From: Lama glama
Taxonomy: Eukaryota
Reading direction: 5' to 3'
DNA: 64,000 bases
Assembly: GCA_028534125.1 (NCBI GenBank)
Contig: CM052817.1
Location: forward strand, 35,094,001 to 35,158,000
Shown: one piece after another, positions 34,601-47,518 of the stretch
Layout of the letters: every line of letters begins with the position of its first letter
Position numbering within the stretch: the stretch's first letter is position 1
The notes under the pieces: generated by a model
Databases searched by the model: none
Told to the model about the DNA's origin: nothing
The model's input: only the letters and a program-made list of their open reading frames with translations
Position numbers and translations under genes: made by a program

Positions 34601-37600
34601 TTTTACCTTAGTTTGTCAATCCAGGATAATTTTTTCTGTGATAACCTCTGTGAGGATGGATATTTGCAAACAATTTTAAGTGACTTGGGAAATAATGCAG
34701 GAGTGAAAGAAAACACGATGATGATGGTGATGATGATGATGTTTTATAAACCTATTCTCATATCTTAAAAATATTATGAGACATTAGGCTGTAATAACAA
34801 TACAAATCTTGGGTATTAGAAAGCATTCTGAAACAGAAGAGATGAAATATGAGAGGGTTATAGACTTGGCAAGATACATTTTTTTATGCATAGTTTGGAA
34901 ATTATGTCATTTTACCCAGTATAAATAAACTTTGACTCTATTACTACTAAAAAGGAAAGCATCCTTGAACTAATCCTGCCTTTCCTTTTCAGGAGGAATA
35001 CAGTAAATTTCTCTCTTGGGGCAGGGGTCAGCGATTTGATGGAGACTGTAATTCAGTGAGCGTGCAGTTTTGTAGACTGGGAAATGCAATAATAATTTGT
35101 GCTTTATTACAGGATCACTTTGTCTCCCCCATCTCTTCCATTTTATTACATATTGTATGCATCAACATGATGAAAGGTAATGTTTTCTTCCAGTGACGTG
35201 GAGGACGTAGGACGGAATTGATAAGAGTGGGCCCTCTTTTTTTCTTTTTCCAATTTTGTGAGCTTTGTGCTCATAGATTATATGCTGTACTTTGTATTTC
35301 AGTAACATTTAACAAAACCATGGCCATGGAGGAAATTAAACTTACACAGAATGTCCATAATGAGTCTCTGAGTGCTGACGTTTCAGGTATGGTACAAAGT
35401 GGCTACTCTGAGTTGCAAATTAAAGAGACACAGAAGCCATCTTTTCCCTATTGTTGTTAGTGGATTTAACCACAATTAACCTGTACAATAACCTCGACTG
35501 TCTGGGATCCAATGAAGCACCTATATGTAAGCAAAGCAAAGGCAGCTAAAACAGATGCCTTTCATCCCCTAAACTCCTACGGGAGCTTCTTGGGCTTTCC
35601 ATAGGCACCCAGTGATCCTCTCTTTACATACAATTCTGTCATGCTTGATTATCGAATTTCCTATCTCACAAGCACAAGAAGCAATACATTAGAAAGAAGA
35701 GGAAATTATGAGAGTCAGACTCACCAACCTAATAAGAAATGACAATTAAACACATGAAAGAAGGAGGCAGAATACTTATTTTAAAATAAGCACAAAAAAT
35801 GCTGTAAGGTAGGAGGACCATTGATAGGGACAGACCATCCTGTCTACTTTAGGTTCTCTTCACAATATAATTTTATTGCATCTCAGCGTAATAGGAATAC
35901 CCCTGAGACATCAAGAACAGTTTATATTCTAGTCAGTGTATAATCCATTACAGAAAAATTTCTGTTCAAAATGCTTTCATTTTAAAAAATTTTGATACTG
36001 ATAGGGATAACGTTTAGTTAACTTCTTCCTTCAATAATACCATAGAAATAAGAATTATATCACATGGATGAACCCTCAAATTCGTCTATTTTTATTACTA
36101 ATAATCAGAACATTCTGATTTTTAACTCCCATTTCAATTTCTTTTTTTTGTCTCCCTCAGAATTCCTTCAAACGAATTACATGGAAATTAGCAACAGTTA
36201 GATTGACCCCACCTTTCTTGGCAGAGATCAAAAAGGATATGTGTATGCTAGTTCATTCTGGCTGGTTAATTTCCTGGGTGTTATATGTTTTTGTTTTATC
36301 CAGAGCAGAATTTCTCTCCCTTTAAAAAAAGATAGGTCAGAAATAGCTTATCTGAGTTTTATACGCTTTTTTCTTTGAGATAGTAGAGATCTAAATTAGG
36401 GTAAGTGAGCCTTGGAAAACATTCTGCGTTGTGCCTGCACTAGACTTCTCTTCCTCCCTCTTTATCCCCACCTCACCGACACACACACCCTTGGGCCAAT
36501 GTGACATTACAGGGTGTTTGTGAAAGCCTGTCCTGGGAATAGCTTTCTGTGATTCATACTGTGAAGCTTTTAGTACTTTTCTAGGGAGGTTACAAAGTCT
36601 ACTGGACCTCCCTATTTCCTTATTGTGGAGGGTAAAATTTTTTTAGGAAATGCGTTTTATTTTTGTTAAATAAATGACTCCCTTGACAACAAGATTTCTT
36701 ATCTTTCCTCATTAGCAATCCCAATTTCACTTTGCTATGCAATTGACCTACAATTATTTGTTGTTATTTGGGTATAAAACTGTTGGTTTTCTCAAGTTTC
36801 TCTTATCTCAACCCCAGATAAACCAGATTCCATGTTTGGATTAGAAAACAAAATGTATATATACTGCCATATGTATGATGGCAGTACACCTGCCGTCTAT
36901 TTTAAACTGTCATATCTTTGAGATATGAGAAATTGTGCAGTTCATTGACCATGAACCTCAGTACCTCCGTAGACGTTCAGGTTTGGTTGTTGTTGTTGTT
37001 GTTGTTTTGAGCACAAGCCACCCATTCTCCTTGTTTGGCCCCGTAGTAAACCTTTCTCTACTCAAAAAAATAAAAAATAAAAGGAAGAAGAGGACGACAG
37101 GAGAAGGCAATTTCTCCTGAGGGAATTTGTGTTATTATGGATCTTTGACATTTTAAAGTTGGCTCTAGCCTTTAATTGGGAAAGAAACAGACCCATAATG
37201 ACCTCATCACTACTCTCCTGTAATACAGCAAGATATATTTCTATCTATCTATTCCTTGGATGGGGTAAGGGGTAGTATTTAATACAGAAATGGGAAGGGG
37301 GGTAAAAAGAAGATATTTGCTGAACTGCTTAGTATCTGTTAAGAAGTAGATAAATAAAACCTTCATAAACAGAGCTCTTCTTCTATACATATGGAAGTTT
37401 TTTATTACCTACTGTGTCCAGGCACTGGGTTCTCTGTTACTTCTTCACAAGAATCATTTTTTCTTAGAGCTATGGCTATAGTGTCCATAGGACAGGAAAA
37501 GAAAATTTGTTCCTTTCCCATGCTGGCTTAAAAAAAAAAAAAGCAGAATAGAAAATTGGTGCCCTCAAAGTTGAAGGGGAAAATTAATAGCATAGAGAAA

Positions 37601-37686
37601 ATAATATACTTTAAAATGAGACCAAAGTGTTGCCTTAGGTCACTGCTTTTTAATGCTGGTGATTGGTGATTCAGATTTAGTAAAAC

Positions 37687-37799
37687 TGGGTGAGGTGGGT
37701 ATAGCTCAGTGGTAGAGCACATGTTTAGCATGCACGAGGTCCTGGGTTCAATCCCCAGTACCTGCATTAAAAAATAAGTAAATAAGAACAAAAAAATAA
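37687..37799 (+). mobile_element. vic-1-type SINE (short-tail form)
   Basis: tRNA-Ala head; perfect 12-bp TSD ATTTAGTAAAAC at 37675-37686 and 37800-37811. Confidence 0.93.
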
Positions 37800-38181
37800 A
37801 TTTAGTAAAACCTAAGCAGCCACAGATCACTTAGGTTCAGTCAGAAATTTCCTATGTTTTCCATTCACCAAGTGGAATCCCTTGTATTTTACCAGCTTCA
37901 GGGTTTTGTTTGTGTTTTGGTGGGTGGGCTCCTTCTCAGCTTCTCAGAGTGGAGGGGCATTTTAGGCAGGTCAGCCCCCACAGCCTGAAGAATAATAGGC
38001 AAGACAGAGCCTAAAGAAAGGTGTCCCCAGCCCCACATACTCCTGTCATGGGAAGATGATCTGAAAAAACAGCCACCGGAATGAGATAGAGTCCACAAAC
38101 ATACTGTCAAGGTGGCAAACCGAAAGTAGAGGAAATGTCAAAATTCTGTGGCAAATAATGTTTAAATTTTTTACATGCTTT

Positions 38182-38317
38182 TTTTTTTTTTGAGGATGGG
38201 TAATTAGGTTGGTTTGTTTGTTTATTATTTTTTATTTAACAGAGGTACTGGGGATCAAATCCATGACCTTGTGCATGCCAGGCATATGTTCTACCACTGA
38301 ACTATACCCTCCTCCCC
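38182..38317 (-). mobile_element. vic-1-type SINE
   Basis: Reverse-complement head and tail; TSD TTTT(A/T)CATGCTTT. Confidence 0.9.
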
Positions 38318-39434
38318 TTTTTCATGCTTTGGGCGGTGTGTTAATTTAGATATGGGGGACAGGCCTGGTTTGAGAGAACCTAACATTTCTTTATGCCCTT
38401 AGTTTGAAGTCTAACCGATATTGGTGTGATTTATGCCTCACTCTCTAAGAACTTCTCAAGTTTCCTTCCAGAAAGAAGTGTTCTCTTCCCTGAACTTCCA
38501 AGGGCAGATTTCACATCACTGAAAATTGATTGAAATTTGTGACTCCCAAGTTGGGGTAGTGGCCCTTCCCATAGACCAGACCACCCTAACACAGAAATAT
38601 TCTTTTATTCCCATTCATGATTTGGGACAACAAATGGATTTTATTTTTATCATTTCCTTTCAAAGAGTAGAAACTTGAAAACACGCAGAAGCCTATTTTT
38701 ATTGGATTCATTAAAACAGTTTCACTTGTCCCGTGATGATTGCTGGCTTCTCGTTTAGCCTCCTAGACGGGCCCTTTGTTGTAGGTTCTTCCTTTCTTTC
38801 TGGCTTAGCGTTCATATAGGAAGTTCTGAAGGAATAGCCAGTCCCCCGAATACTCTCATTCATTACATTATGCTAGTGATAAATGGAATTAATTTATTCT
38901 CTGTTGCTTTTTAATTAACCTAGAACTCAGTTTTCTCCTGTGAAATAGTTCTATGCAGTACATTTTCATTAATCACCAGCTGGAACCCCAGGAGCTGAGC
39001 CAGAATAGAAAGAAGAGGGGTGGCTCTCTCCCTCCCGGTATTAATACCGTTATTTCTAGTAAGCGTAGTGGGTGCATGGGTCACTCTCCTCAGGGTCTGT
39101 AAGTTGCCCAAGGACAACAGTCACCCAGAAGTTTTTGAATATGCTGACACCCATTTCACTGATTCTGCAAGAAGCGACTTCCACCTGCTCATCAAAATCA
39201 TTGCCAAGAACAAGAGGTTGCAAAGAGGCTTGTGATGCTATAGCTTTTATATATCCTACTTCCTTCCAGAATTTTCAACATAAAATTAGTGGAAACTTTA
39301 CAGAGAATACTCTTTATTCTCTAGGTTGATTTGTTTGTTTGTTTTTTAGTACACTTTATTTTTTAGATTAGTTTTAGGTTCAGAGCAAAATAAGTCAGTG
39401 CAGTGTCTTAACTTAAAAATTCTGTTTACACAAA

Positions 39435-39555
39435 AAACTTTATTGAGATATTATATACATATCATAAATTTTACCTTTTTGAAGTGTACAATTCTGTGTT
39501 TCTTACTATCTTCATGAAGTTGTGCAACTGTCACCACTCTAGGTTCAGAATGAAA
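39435..39555 (-). mobile_element. L1MB-type 3' terminal fragment
   Basis: 'actttattgagatatt...gaagtgtacaattc...gttgtgcaactgtcaccac'. Confidence 0.75.
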
Positions 39556-40289
39556 ATTTACTTTTAAATGATGGAATTAAAAATACCATTTAGACAATTG
39601 AAAGGAGAAAAAAAATATCCTTCAAATTCACCAGTTTGACAAGCCCTAACTAAATGCTTGTCTTTTTTGGTGCATTTTATTTTAGATTTTTTTTTAACAT
39701 TGAGATATATTTTACAAAGAATGATGAGAGTGTTCTGTGTCATTATTTAAATTTTTTCTTTTGAGAGTAGATGGCTTTGTCTCTTTAAACTGCTCCCAGC
39801 GTGATGAAGTGTGCCGTGACTCTTACTGCTGTGTGTACACATGAAATTATTCAAGTGAAGAAAAACTTCATGGCTGTGTATGCTGTGGTGTGATGCTCTC
39901 TTTTAAGCCATTTCGCTTAGTATTTGAGCATCCGGAGCACTGTTAAAGCTTTAGACTTTTGATCATTAGTTGTGGAAAGATGTCTTTTATTCCTTTGTGC
40001 TTCAGTGTGAAAACCTTAAAAGCTTAACTAATTTAATAAAGCTGGAATGTCCTTAGATGGTGGGGTCCCGTCAGACTAAGGTCAGATATGGCGCTGGGCA
40101 TTGGGAAGGAGTGATGTCAACTAGCATTGATAGGGGACTGGACAATAAACATGTAAGTGTGAACAATAAGAGAAAGACGGTGGAAACATAGACAGTGGAT
40201 CTGAACACATTTACAGAAGTTACAAAAATGACAAAAAAATATGAAAAGATCCTCTGGGGATGTGACTGAAACACTTTTTCTGGAATCAG

Positions 40290-40840
40290 ATTAAGAACAA
40301 TTGAAAAAAATGGATAATGTTAAGCGCAATAAAGGATATGGGAAATGAGGTACTTATATGCTGTGAGTGTAATCATTCAACCTTTTAAGAGGTTTGATAG
40401 CTTTTAGTTTGATAGCTTTTATTAAGATTTAAAATGTCTACCATCTTTGATTGAAGAATAGCACTCTTAAGAATTCTGCAGAAGTAATATCATTATACAT
40501 AAAAATATATGTATGGAGATGTTCATTGAAGCCATACTTGCAGTAACAAGAAATTGGAAACAAAATCTGTTGCTCAGCAGAAGGAAAATAGGCTAAATAA
40601 ATTATGGTTCAGACAGCCAATAAAAAGGACAAGGTAGGTACGTGTATATGTACTGCTCAGTGCAGATGTGCATGTGAAAAAGTGGAAATATTATATACAC
40701 CCTTTTATTTTAAAAAAAGTATATTTGTAGGTAGTCTGTTTATGTGTAGGAAAACTAGGGTTGGAGGATATTTTGCTTTTTATTTTACATGATTTTTTCA
40801 ATTGATTGGATTATGAGTGATTTTTACTTTCTTTTTCCTT
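40290..40840 (+). mobile_element. Old L1ME 3' region
   Basis: 'gatgttcattgaagc...aagaaattggaaacaa...gctaaataaattatggt'. Confidence 0.7.
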
Positions 40841-41974
40841 GTGTTTTTCAAACCCCAAATTCGGAAAATTAAGTGACATTCTTAAGGCTGTCACAGATGA
40901 AAGGATGCAGCAGTTTGAACCAGGCTGGAAGTATTGCCAGGTGGAACTCCTTAAGGAACCAGCTTTAATAAATAGCTAAAATTGATTTCTAATTGGTGTA
41001 TCAGCAGTGTATATGGGAAAAGGTATTTCTAAAGTAGATGGAAATAGTTTTTACCCAGGTTAAGTCTTTAAAATAATTTTTATTTTTTTCTAATCATAAA
41101 AGTAAAACCTAATCATTATAAAACACTTTGAAAAAAATAAGAATACGAAGAAGATAATAAAAATTACTTATAATTCTGTCACCTAGAGATGCACCTAGAG
41201 ATGATAGTAGGCTAAGTATTAAAACCTCATCTGTGCTATCAATTTGAAATTTGAAAAAGATTTTTATTTTTCACAATGAGAGCATGCTTCACCCTAATCA
41301 CTTGTCCAGTGGCTGAATTTGAGGGGGGATTCATACAATCACAATGAAGTATCCTGAATGCTTCCTACAGAAAACTGGCTTTGGTAAGATTGCATGTTGT
41401 AATCAGAATTAAAAGAGAAGGACAAAAATGCTGAACGGTAAAAGAAGGTGGGTAGGAGGACGGACAGTCAAATCCTACATTTTCACACTATTAGAGAAGG
41501 GCGTAGAAGTGTCTGTGATCAAACCAGCCAGTAAAGAAATTTCCCCTTGTTTCTCCCCTCCTGCTGTTAGTGCTGGCAGCCAACCAGCAATCTTGGAGGA
41601 GCCGGCGAGAGTGGAAAGGACCATCAGTGACCTGAGTACTTGTGTCATTTGGTACCCAGAGCGTAATTCTCTGAGGGACTCGAATCCTCACGAATACACT
41701 CATACTTGGAGGAGGAGAGATTGGGTTACAGAGTTCACCACCCTCAGCTGCTCACCCCTGGCACTGTTACTTAAGTTTCCCCTTTGCGTGATGGGCCCCG
41801 ATTCCTCCCTCATGATCTGTCCATACATCACAAGCAGGTCCTGTCAGTAGCTTCTTGAGGTCCCTTCCCCCCTGCCCCCCCAAGTTCAGAATTGCATACT
41901 GAGCTGTGCTCCCAGAGGCTAGAGCATTGAGTAATTTCTAGCCCCTCAGCGCTTTACTGTGCCATCTTCACTGT

Positions 41975-42125
41975 AAGGAAGGCACATAATTTGCAGGGTC
42001 CAGTGAAGAACAAAAACGTGGACCCCTTGTCTAAAAGTTAAGAATTTTAAGACAGTGCAAGCAAAGCATTACAACAGGTGGGGGCCTTTGGAACTGCAGG
42101 TTGCATGTCCACGAAGCTGGCTCTG
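41975..42125 (-). mobile_element. MER91A hAT-Tip100 element
   Basis: 'acataatttgcagggtccagtg...ccccttgtctaaaagttaagaattttaagacag...ccacgaagctggctctg'. Confidence 0.8.
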
Positions 42126-42297
42126 CTCACCTCACCCTCGCCTCCTGACCAGAGGTGTCCTGTTACTGAGAGAGACACATAGATCATACCCCAGTTCCTC
42201 CTTTCCTTTTTTGAGTTCATCTAGTACTTAACGTCTGTATGGGGTTGCCAGCCTTCTGATCCTTAGGACAGAACTGCTCTTTGAGGAGGACCGGTAT

Positions 42298-42875
42298 TGT
42301 AGGGCAGGGAAGACATCCTTTTTCCTCCTGCCCTCCTTGGCACTCCACCTGGGCCCTGTAAATTACACTAACAGACAGATTATCAGGGGAGAAACAAGCA
42401 AACATTTATTAACATGTGCAAAACACTCAGCCAAGGGCGTACCCAGAGATGAGTCATTCTGAGGGCTGGTAGAGCTTGGGCTTAAAAAGCATCTTAGTCA
42501 AGGAACAGTACATTTTTAGAGAAGTGACAAGACAAAGGAAAAGGACTTTGAGTTTATGGTGCAACAGATTGTTAGAAAGGCAAATATATGAGGAACTAGC
42601 GGATAAGAAATAAGAGCTAGTTAGTAAGGTTTGTTATGTAGGTGCCTCTGGTGCCATCGCTGGGCCAACTTGAGTCTAAAGTTGTCTCTGGTGGTTAAGT
42701 TTTGTCCTTTCTGCTAGAAGGTGTAGGTGGAAGCACATTTCTGTAAATTTATGTCCTGCTTTTGGGCAAATGGAGAGAAGAGGGCTTTTCTTGTATCTGC
42801 TTCTCAGTTACCTTATGCTTAAGTGGCATATTTTGGGGTGGCATATTCTGGGGCGGCATTTTCTGCTGTCCTGCG
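42298..42875 (-). mobile_element. MER34-related ERV1 solo LTR
   Basis: Starts TGTAGGG; ends 'ttgtatctgcttctcagttacctt...aagtggcatattttggggtggcatattctg'; related to the LTR at 30837. Confidence 0.8.
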
Positions 42876-43292
42876 TTGTCCTTTCTGGGCAGATGCAGCC
42901 CATGAGCCCTTGATTGACACCTTGTGCATATTCAAAGAAGACTGCCCTTCCTTCCTGCAGACACAGCCTTGTGCTGGGGCACCTAGCTGGGCCCTGGGTG
43001 AGTGGCAGGCAAGCTGGATTTCATTCTCCTCTAGCATCCTTGGCTGGGCATCCTCGTGCAAGGAACAGCCTGCATAATCCTACACAGTTGCCTTGCCCAG
43101 GGAACAACCTGGCTGCTCGCTTGTCACAGAGTGACAAGATCAATAGGCTAGACTGTCCTTTCTCCTTAACTGTTCCCGCATGACCATCCAAATCCCTTGA
43201 TTTGGAGTCCCTGAGTCCCTAGGCTTTTCGGGTTTACACTCTAGACTGTAACTCTTTGTCCTTTCTGTTGGTTGGTTTTTGCTCACTTATTT

Positions 43293-43430
43293 GTTGTTGT
43301 TGTTGTTGCTGTTTGGGGGTAATTAGGTTTATTTATTTACCTATTTATTTTAATGGAGGTACTGGGGACTGAACCCAGAACCTTGTGCATGCCAAGCATG
43401 CGCTCTACAATTGAGCTATACCCTCTTCCC
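43293..43430 (-). mobile_element. vic-1-type SINE with (CAA)n tail
   Basis: Perfect 15-bp TSD TTTGCTCACTTATTT at 43278-43292 and 43431-43445. Confidence 0.93.
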
Positions 43431-44597
43431 TTTGCTCACTTATTTTTAAAATTCCTTTTCTTATGATTAAAAACCTTCTATTATTGGGATCCATCTACCT
43501 AGCTTTGCTAGTTTCCTCAGTGGCAGGCAATCAGATCCACTAGCCTCTTCATCCATCTTTCTGTTCTAAGTTGGCAGGAGTTTTGGTCTCACTCCTAGAA
43601 TGATATATGTTTAAACAAAGAAAAGAAATGAATGAAATATAAAAGAGAGAAATGAACTATTATAATGTTTATAGTATTTTGTAATTCCTGGCTAGCTTTG
43701 CCTGAGAGTAAGCCGGGGAAAGGTGAGAACTGAGGGAAGAAAAGAACAGGTGAAGCCAGGTTCTTGAGAAGGGTTTTTTAAACTCGGTTCTGACATTAAA
43801 AATTAAAAGGACATCAGATTCCCTTCCTTTCCCACACCCATCAAAAATAAATAACGTGTACACTCAGAAAGAGTTATGGAAGGTAGAATTTGTTCATATT
43901 GGCTTTTAAAACCCTGCGTATGTTCCTCCCATGCAATTGTAGTTGAGTCGCAGAAGAGCCGTGCTGAGTTGCTCCCGGACCATCTAGCCTGGTGTTCAGA
44001 TTGCAGAGACTGCAGTGTTGCCGAGGAGTGGATTGAGGTGGGACAGGGACTGGGGATGTACTTTAAGTGATGAAATCATCTAAAAGAGACTGAGCCCCTA
44101 TCCACTTTTCTAAATTCTTTTATAATTTGTTTAAATGTGTGTGTGTGTGTTGGGGAGAGGCTTGGAAACTAAAAGTCCAGTACTCATTATAGAAAAAAAT
44201 ACTTCCCCTCATTTACTTGCTTAGAGCCTCGGGTTTGTTCCAGATTTGTTTGCTATTTCTGATGGTGGTAATTCAGGGTCTGTGGTTTTGAAACAGATCT
44301 AGGTACTCCCATAGCTTAGTATTGTACCTGTGAACTTAGAGATATTCTGTATGAACAGATTTGTAAACAAAGATGTAAACTATGTGTGCATGTGTTCCTA
44401 CTCACCTTTTCTCTAGATAAATACAGAATTTATAGGAATATGAGATTCCCTTCGTTAAAAATATTTAAGGCAGACTAGAAGAATATTTTCTTTGATTTTT
44501 ATCTGAAAGCAAAACTTTCTTTTACTCTTCCATATTGCTTTGTTACTGATAACAGAATTGGACCCCTAGGTTACTGTGAATTAATATGTGCTCATTT

Positions 44598-45037
44598 TAC
44601 TAGTTAGAATATAAGCTTGACCGTGAAGAGCAGGACCCCAAATAACAGTGATATGTTGGAAATTTATCTTCTTGTAACAGCTCAAGGATAGACCGTTCAG
44701 GGACAATATGGTGGCTCTGCTCCATAAGGACATCTGGGACCTAAGTTCCTTCTCCCTTGTTACTTGGCCATCCTTCGTGTGTGTTCCTCACCAGTGTGGC
44801 CCTAGATGGCCTGCTACAATGTCCATGTTCTCGGCACCAGGATGGAGGCAGGGAAAGAAAAACAGCACATGCCTTCCCTTTAAGCACAGTCCTGGAAGTT
44901 GCCTATATCCCATTAGTCAGACCTTAACCATAAACTCTGTAGTGGGTGGCCAGGTACCTAGCTGAAAATCTTGGAGTTTAACGTCATTGAAGAAAGGGAG
45001 AGTGCACACTGGAGGACAGCTGTCAGTCTTTGTCACG
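44598..45037 (-). mobile_element. MLT1J-like MaLR LTR
   Basis: 'cccaaataacagtg...ggtggctctgctcc...gggacctaagttccttc...gacagctgtcagtctttgtcac'. Confidence 0.7.
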
Positions 45038-45714
45038 TGTACATCTGAGATTGTTCTGCTCGTCACATTTTGAACCCAGAGCACCAAATGTTACATGACA
45101 TAATTAGCTTATTAAGAAGATAGGCACAAAATCTGACATTAATTGCAAATGGCTTCCATGTCACCAGTCGATGTTGATCGCATGCCAGTGGCTGCCTGTG
45201 GCATGGTAAGCAGGATTGTAGGACTATGTTTGCACTGATCCAGAAAATGATTACATGATCAATAAGTGATACCTGCCCTGGGCCCAGATAGGAGAATAAT
45301 GTTATGTATTTGCTATATTAGTCTTAATTCAGAGAACAGCTCTTATAAAGTCATAGATTTTTGTTGTCGGTAGCACATTAGAGGTGTTTCCTTTTTTCCC
45401 CAATGATTCATTCCATAGCCACCAAGCAAGGGTTTAAATCGAGCAATGGAATTGGGGCTTTATATATAGTGTAAATATCACTGACTAGTGGAAAGGTAGG
45501 TTCAATTGAATGACCAATTAAAATCAAGTTTTAGAACACTCAGGTAAACCTGAAGGCGCTAAGAAAGCCACCACTGTGTGATCATATTCAGGGAAGAAAG
45601 GGTGAGACACAGACTAGTAAGAATCAGTTAATTTTCTTCTTGCTTGGAACTTGTTTGTATGACTGACTTAGTGGTTTCAAATAGTGTGTGTGTACTTCCT
45701 TGTTTTGCTTTATC

Positions 45715-45860
45715 TTTGTATGTGTTTTGTCTCATCAACCAGACTGTGAGCTCTTAAGAAACGGGTCTACATGGGACATCTCCCTGTGTCCCCGATGTCT
45801 CTAACACACATCTTAAACACAGAGAAAGTGCAATAGATATTTGTTGATTGCTGGATTGAA
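45715..45860 (+). mobile_element. L2 3' end
   Basis: 'ccagactgtgagctc...gtgcaatagatatttgttgattg'. Confidence 0.7.
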
Positions 45861-46792
45861 ACCATGAATGGTGTTCTAGTTTGCATTTTGTTTTCCTTTT
45901 GTATTCAAGGAGTTTGCTCACTGCATGAGTGTTACTACCTCGATTTGTCTTTCGGATGCTGAGGTTGAAGGTGATTAAATGAATTGTACCATTCTTCCTG
46001 GGGCTCCGAATGCATTATTGATTGGTAGCAGAATTGACTAGCATAAATGGCAGCAGAGGATTTTCTTCCTCTCTTTTACCTTGTGTTGTTTTGGCAGGAG
46101 AGGTGAAGGACAGTTTTCAAGGTTCTCCAAAAGCTGCATGATAAATAACTGCTGGATAAATTCATATCCTCTTCTAGATGAGAGCGAAACAAGGGGCCAG
46201 ATCTGGCCGTCCTGGTTTTGCTTCCCTTGGGCAGCCCACTGGCAGGAGTCACTTTGCTCTTGGTTCGGATCCTAGTCCCTCCCTTGCATGTCTGTAACTG
46301 TGGGTGAGTCATGGCAACCTTGCTGCCCTCCTTTTTCCAATTGTAAAACATAGATGAGTTGCCACCAGATGTCTTCAAGTGCCTCTGACTTCCAGAATGG
46401 AAGACCCTCTGGAAGCAGGAAGCATCGTTGTTGCAGGAAGCGGGCTCTTTGCATGATAACTCACTCATTTTCCCCCTCCCCTCAACCAGATTTCCTGCTG
46501 AGGTAAGGAATATGGAGTAGATTTTTTGTTTTTTGTAATTTTTTCTTCAGCTTTCAGTTCGTTTTGTGTATGTCTGGCCTTGTAAACGTGGTGAATAAAT
46601 GCTATAATTATAACTCTTTTTGACAGCTCTGTAATTTAATTGTAATTCACTCTAAGCATTTTTTTAAGACAATGGTGTGTATTGAAGATGCAGCTGCTCC
46701 AGTCTCATCTACTAAACTGACAGGAATCGTTGGAATCATCATCCCAGCAACTGTGGGAACTTTCAATCTATTCAGGGCCAAATATAGGAATA

Positions 46793-46797
<5 letters not shown>

Positions 46798-46858
<61 letters not shown>
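46798..46858 (+). repeat. Compound microsatellite (TG)11(GA)20
   Basis: Seen directly; uninterrupted. Confidence 0.97.
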
Positions 46859-46860
<2 letters not shown>

Positions 46861-47096
46861 ACTTTCTGTTTCCTGGCTTGGCAAAAGTAGCAATGCCATA
46901 TTTACAGAGAAACATCACTTAATAGTGGCCTTTGCATAAATATGTAAAATATACATTCTAAAGTGGGAAAACTCTTGGATTTATTTTCTGCAGTATTTCT
47001 TTGCTAACATTTATAGGAAGTCACTCTATCAACCTGAAGCTGATTCCTGCCAGCATTGGCAGGTGGTCACTGGACACCCATCGGTCATCAGATGTT

Positions 47097-47518
47097 GTGT
47101 TAGTTCCTTCGGCTGCCGAGTGGCTTACACAAGAGGAATTGGTTGTTCCGCTCTCTGTGTTCTGCAGGCTAGAAGTCCAAGATCAAGGTGCTGGCGGGGG
47201 GTTGGTTCCTTCCAAGTGCTGGGAAGGAGAATCTGTGTATTCCTCTCTCCTAGCTCCTGGTGGCTTTGGGTGTTCCTTGGCTTGTACGTGATGTTCTCTC
47301 TGTGTCTTCACACCATCTTCCCTCTATGGGTGTCTCTGTCCAGGTTTCCCCTTTTTATTAGGACATCAGTCATATGGATTAGGGCCCATCCTAATGACCT
47401 CATTTTAACTTGATTACTTCAGTAAAGACCCTGTCTCCAAATAAGGGCACTTCTGAGGTACTAGGGGTTAGGACTCGAACGTATCTTGTCTGGAGTGGGC
47501 ACCGTTCAACTCGCAACA
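47097..47518 (-). mobile_element. MLT1B/C MaLR solo LTR
   Basis: 'ggctagaagtccaagatcaaggtgctggc...ggattagggcccatcctaatgacctcattttaacttgattac...aactcgcaaca'. Confidence 0.9.

Noticed and set aside
36862..36886. Perfect 9-bp inverted repeat TACTGCCAT-N7-ATGGCAGTA
   Set aside because: Too short to exceed chance expectation in 64 kb; no supporting context
40392..41203. Short tandem duplications (GTTTGATAGCTTTTA x2; CACCTAGAGATG x2)
   Set aside because: Ordinary slippage duplications in or at the edge of old L1 remnants
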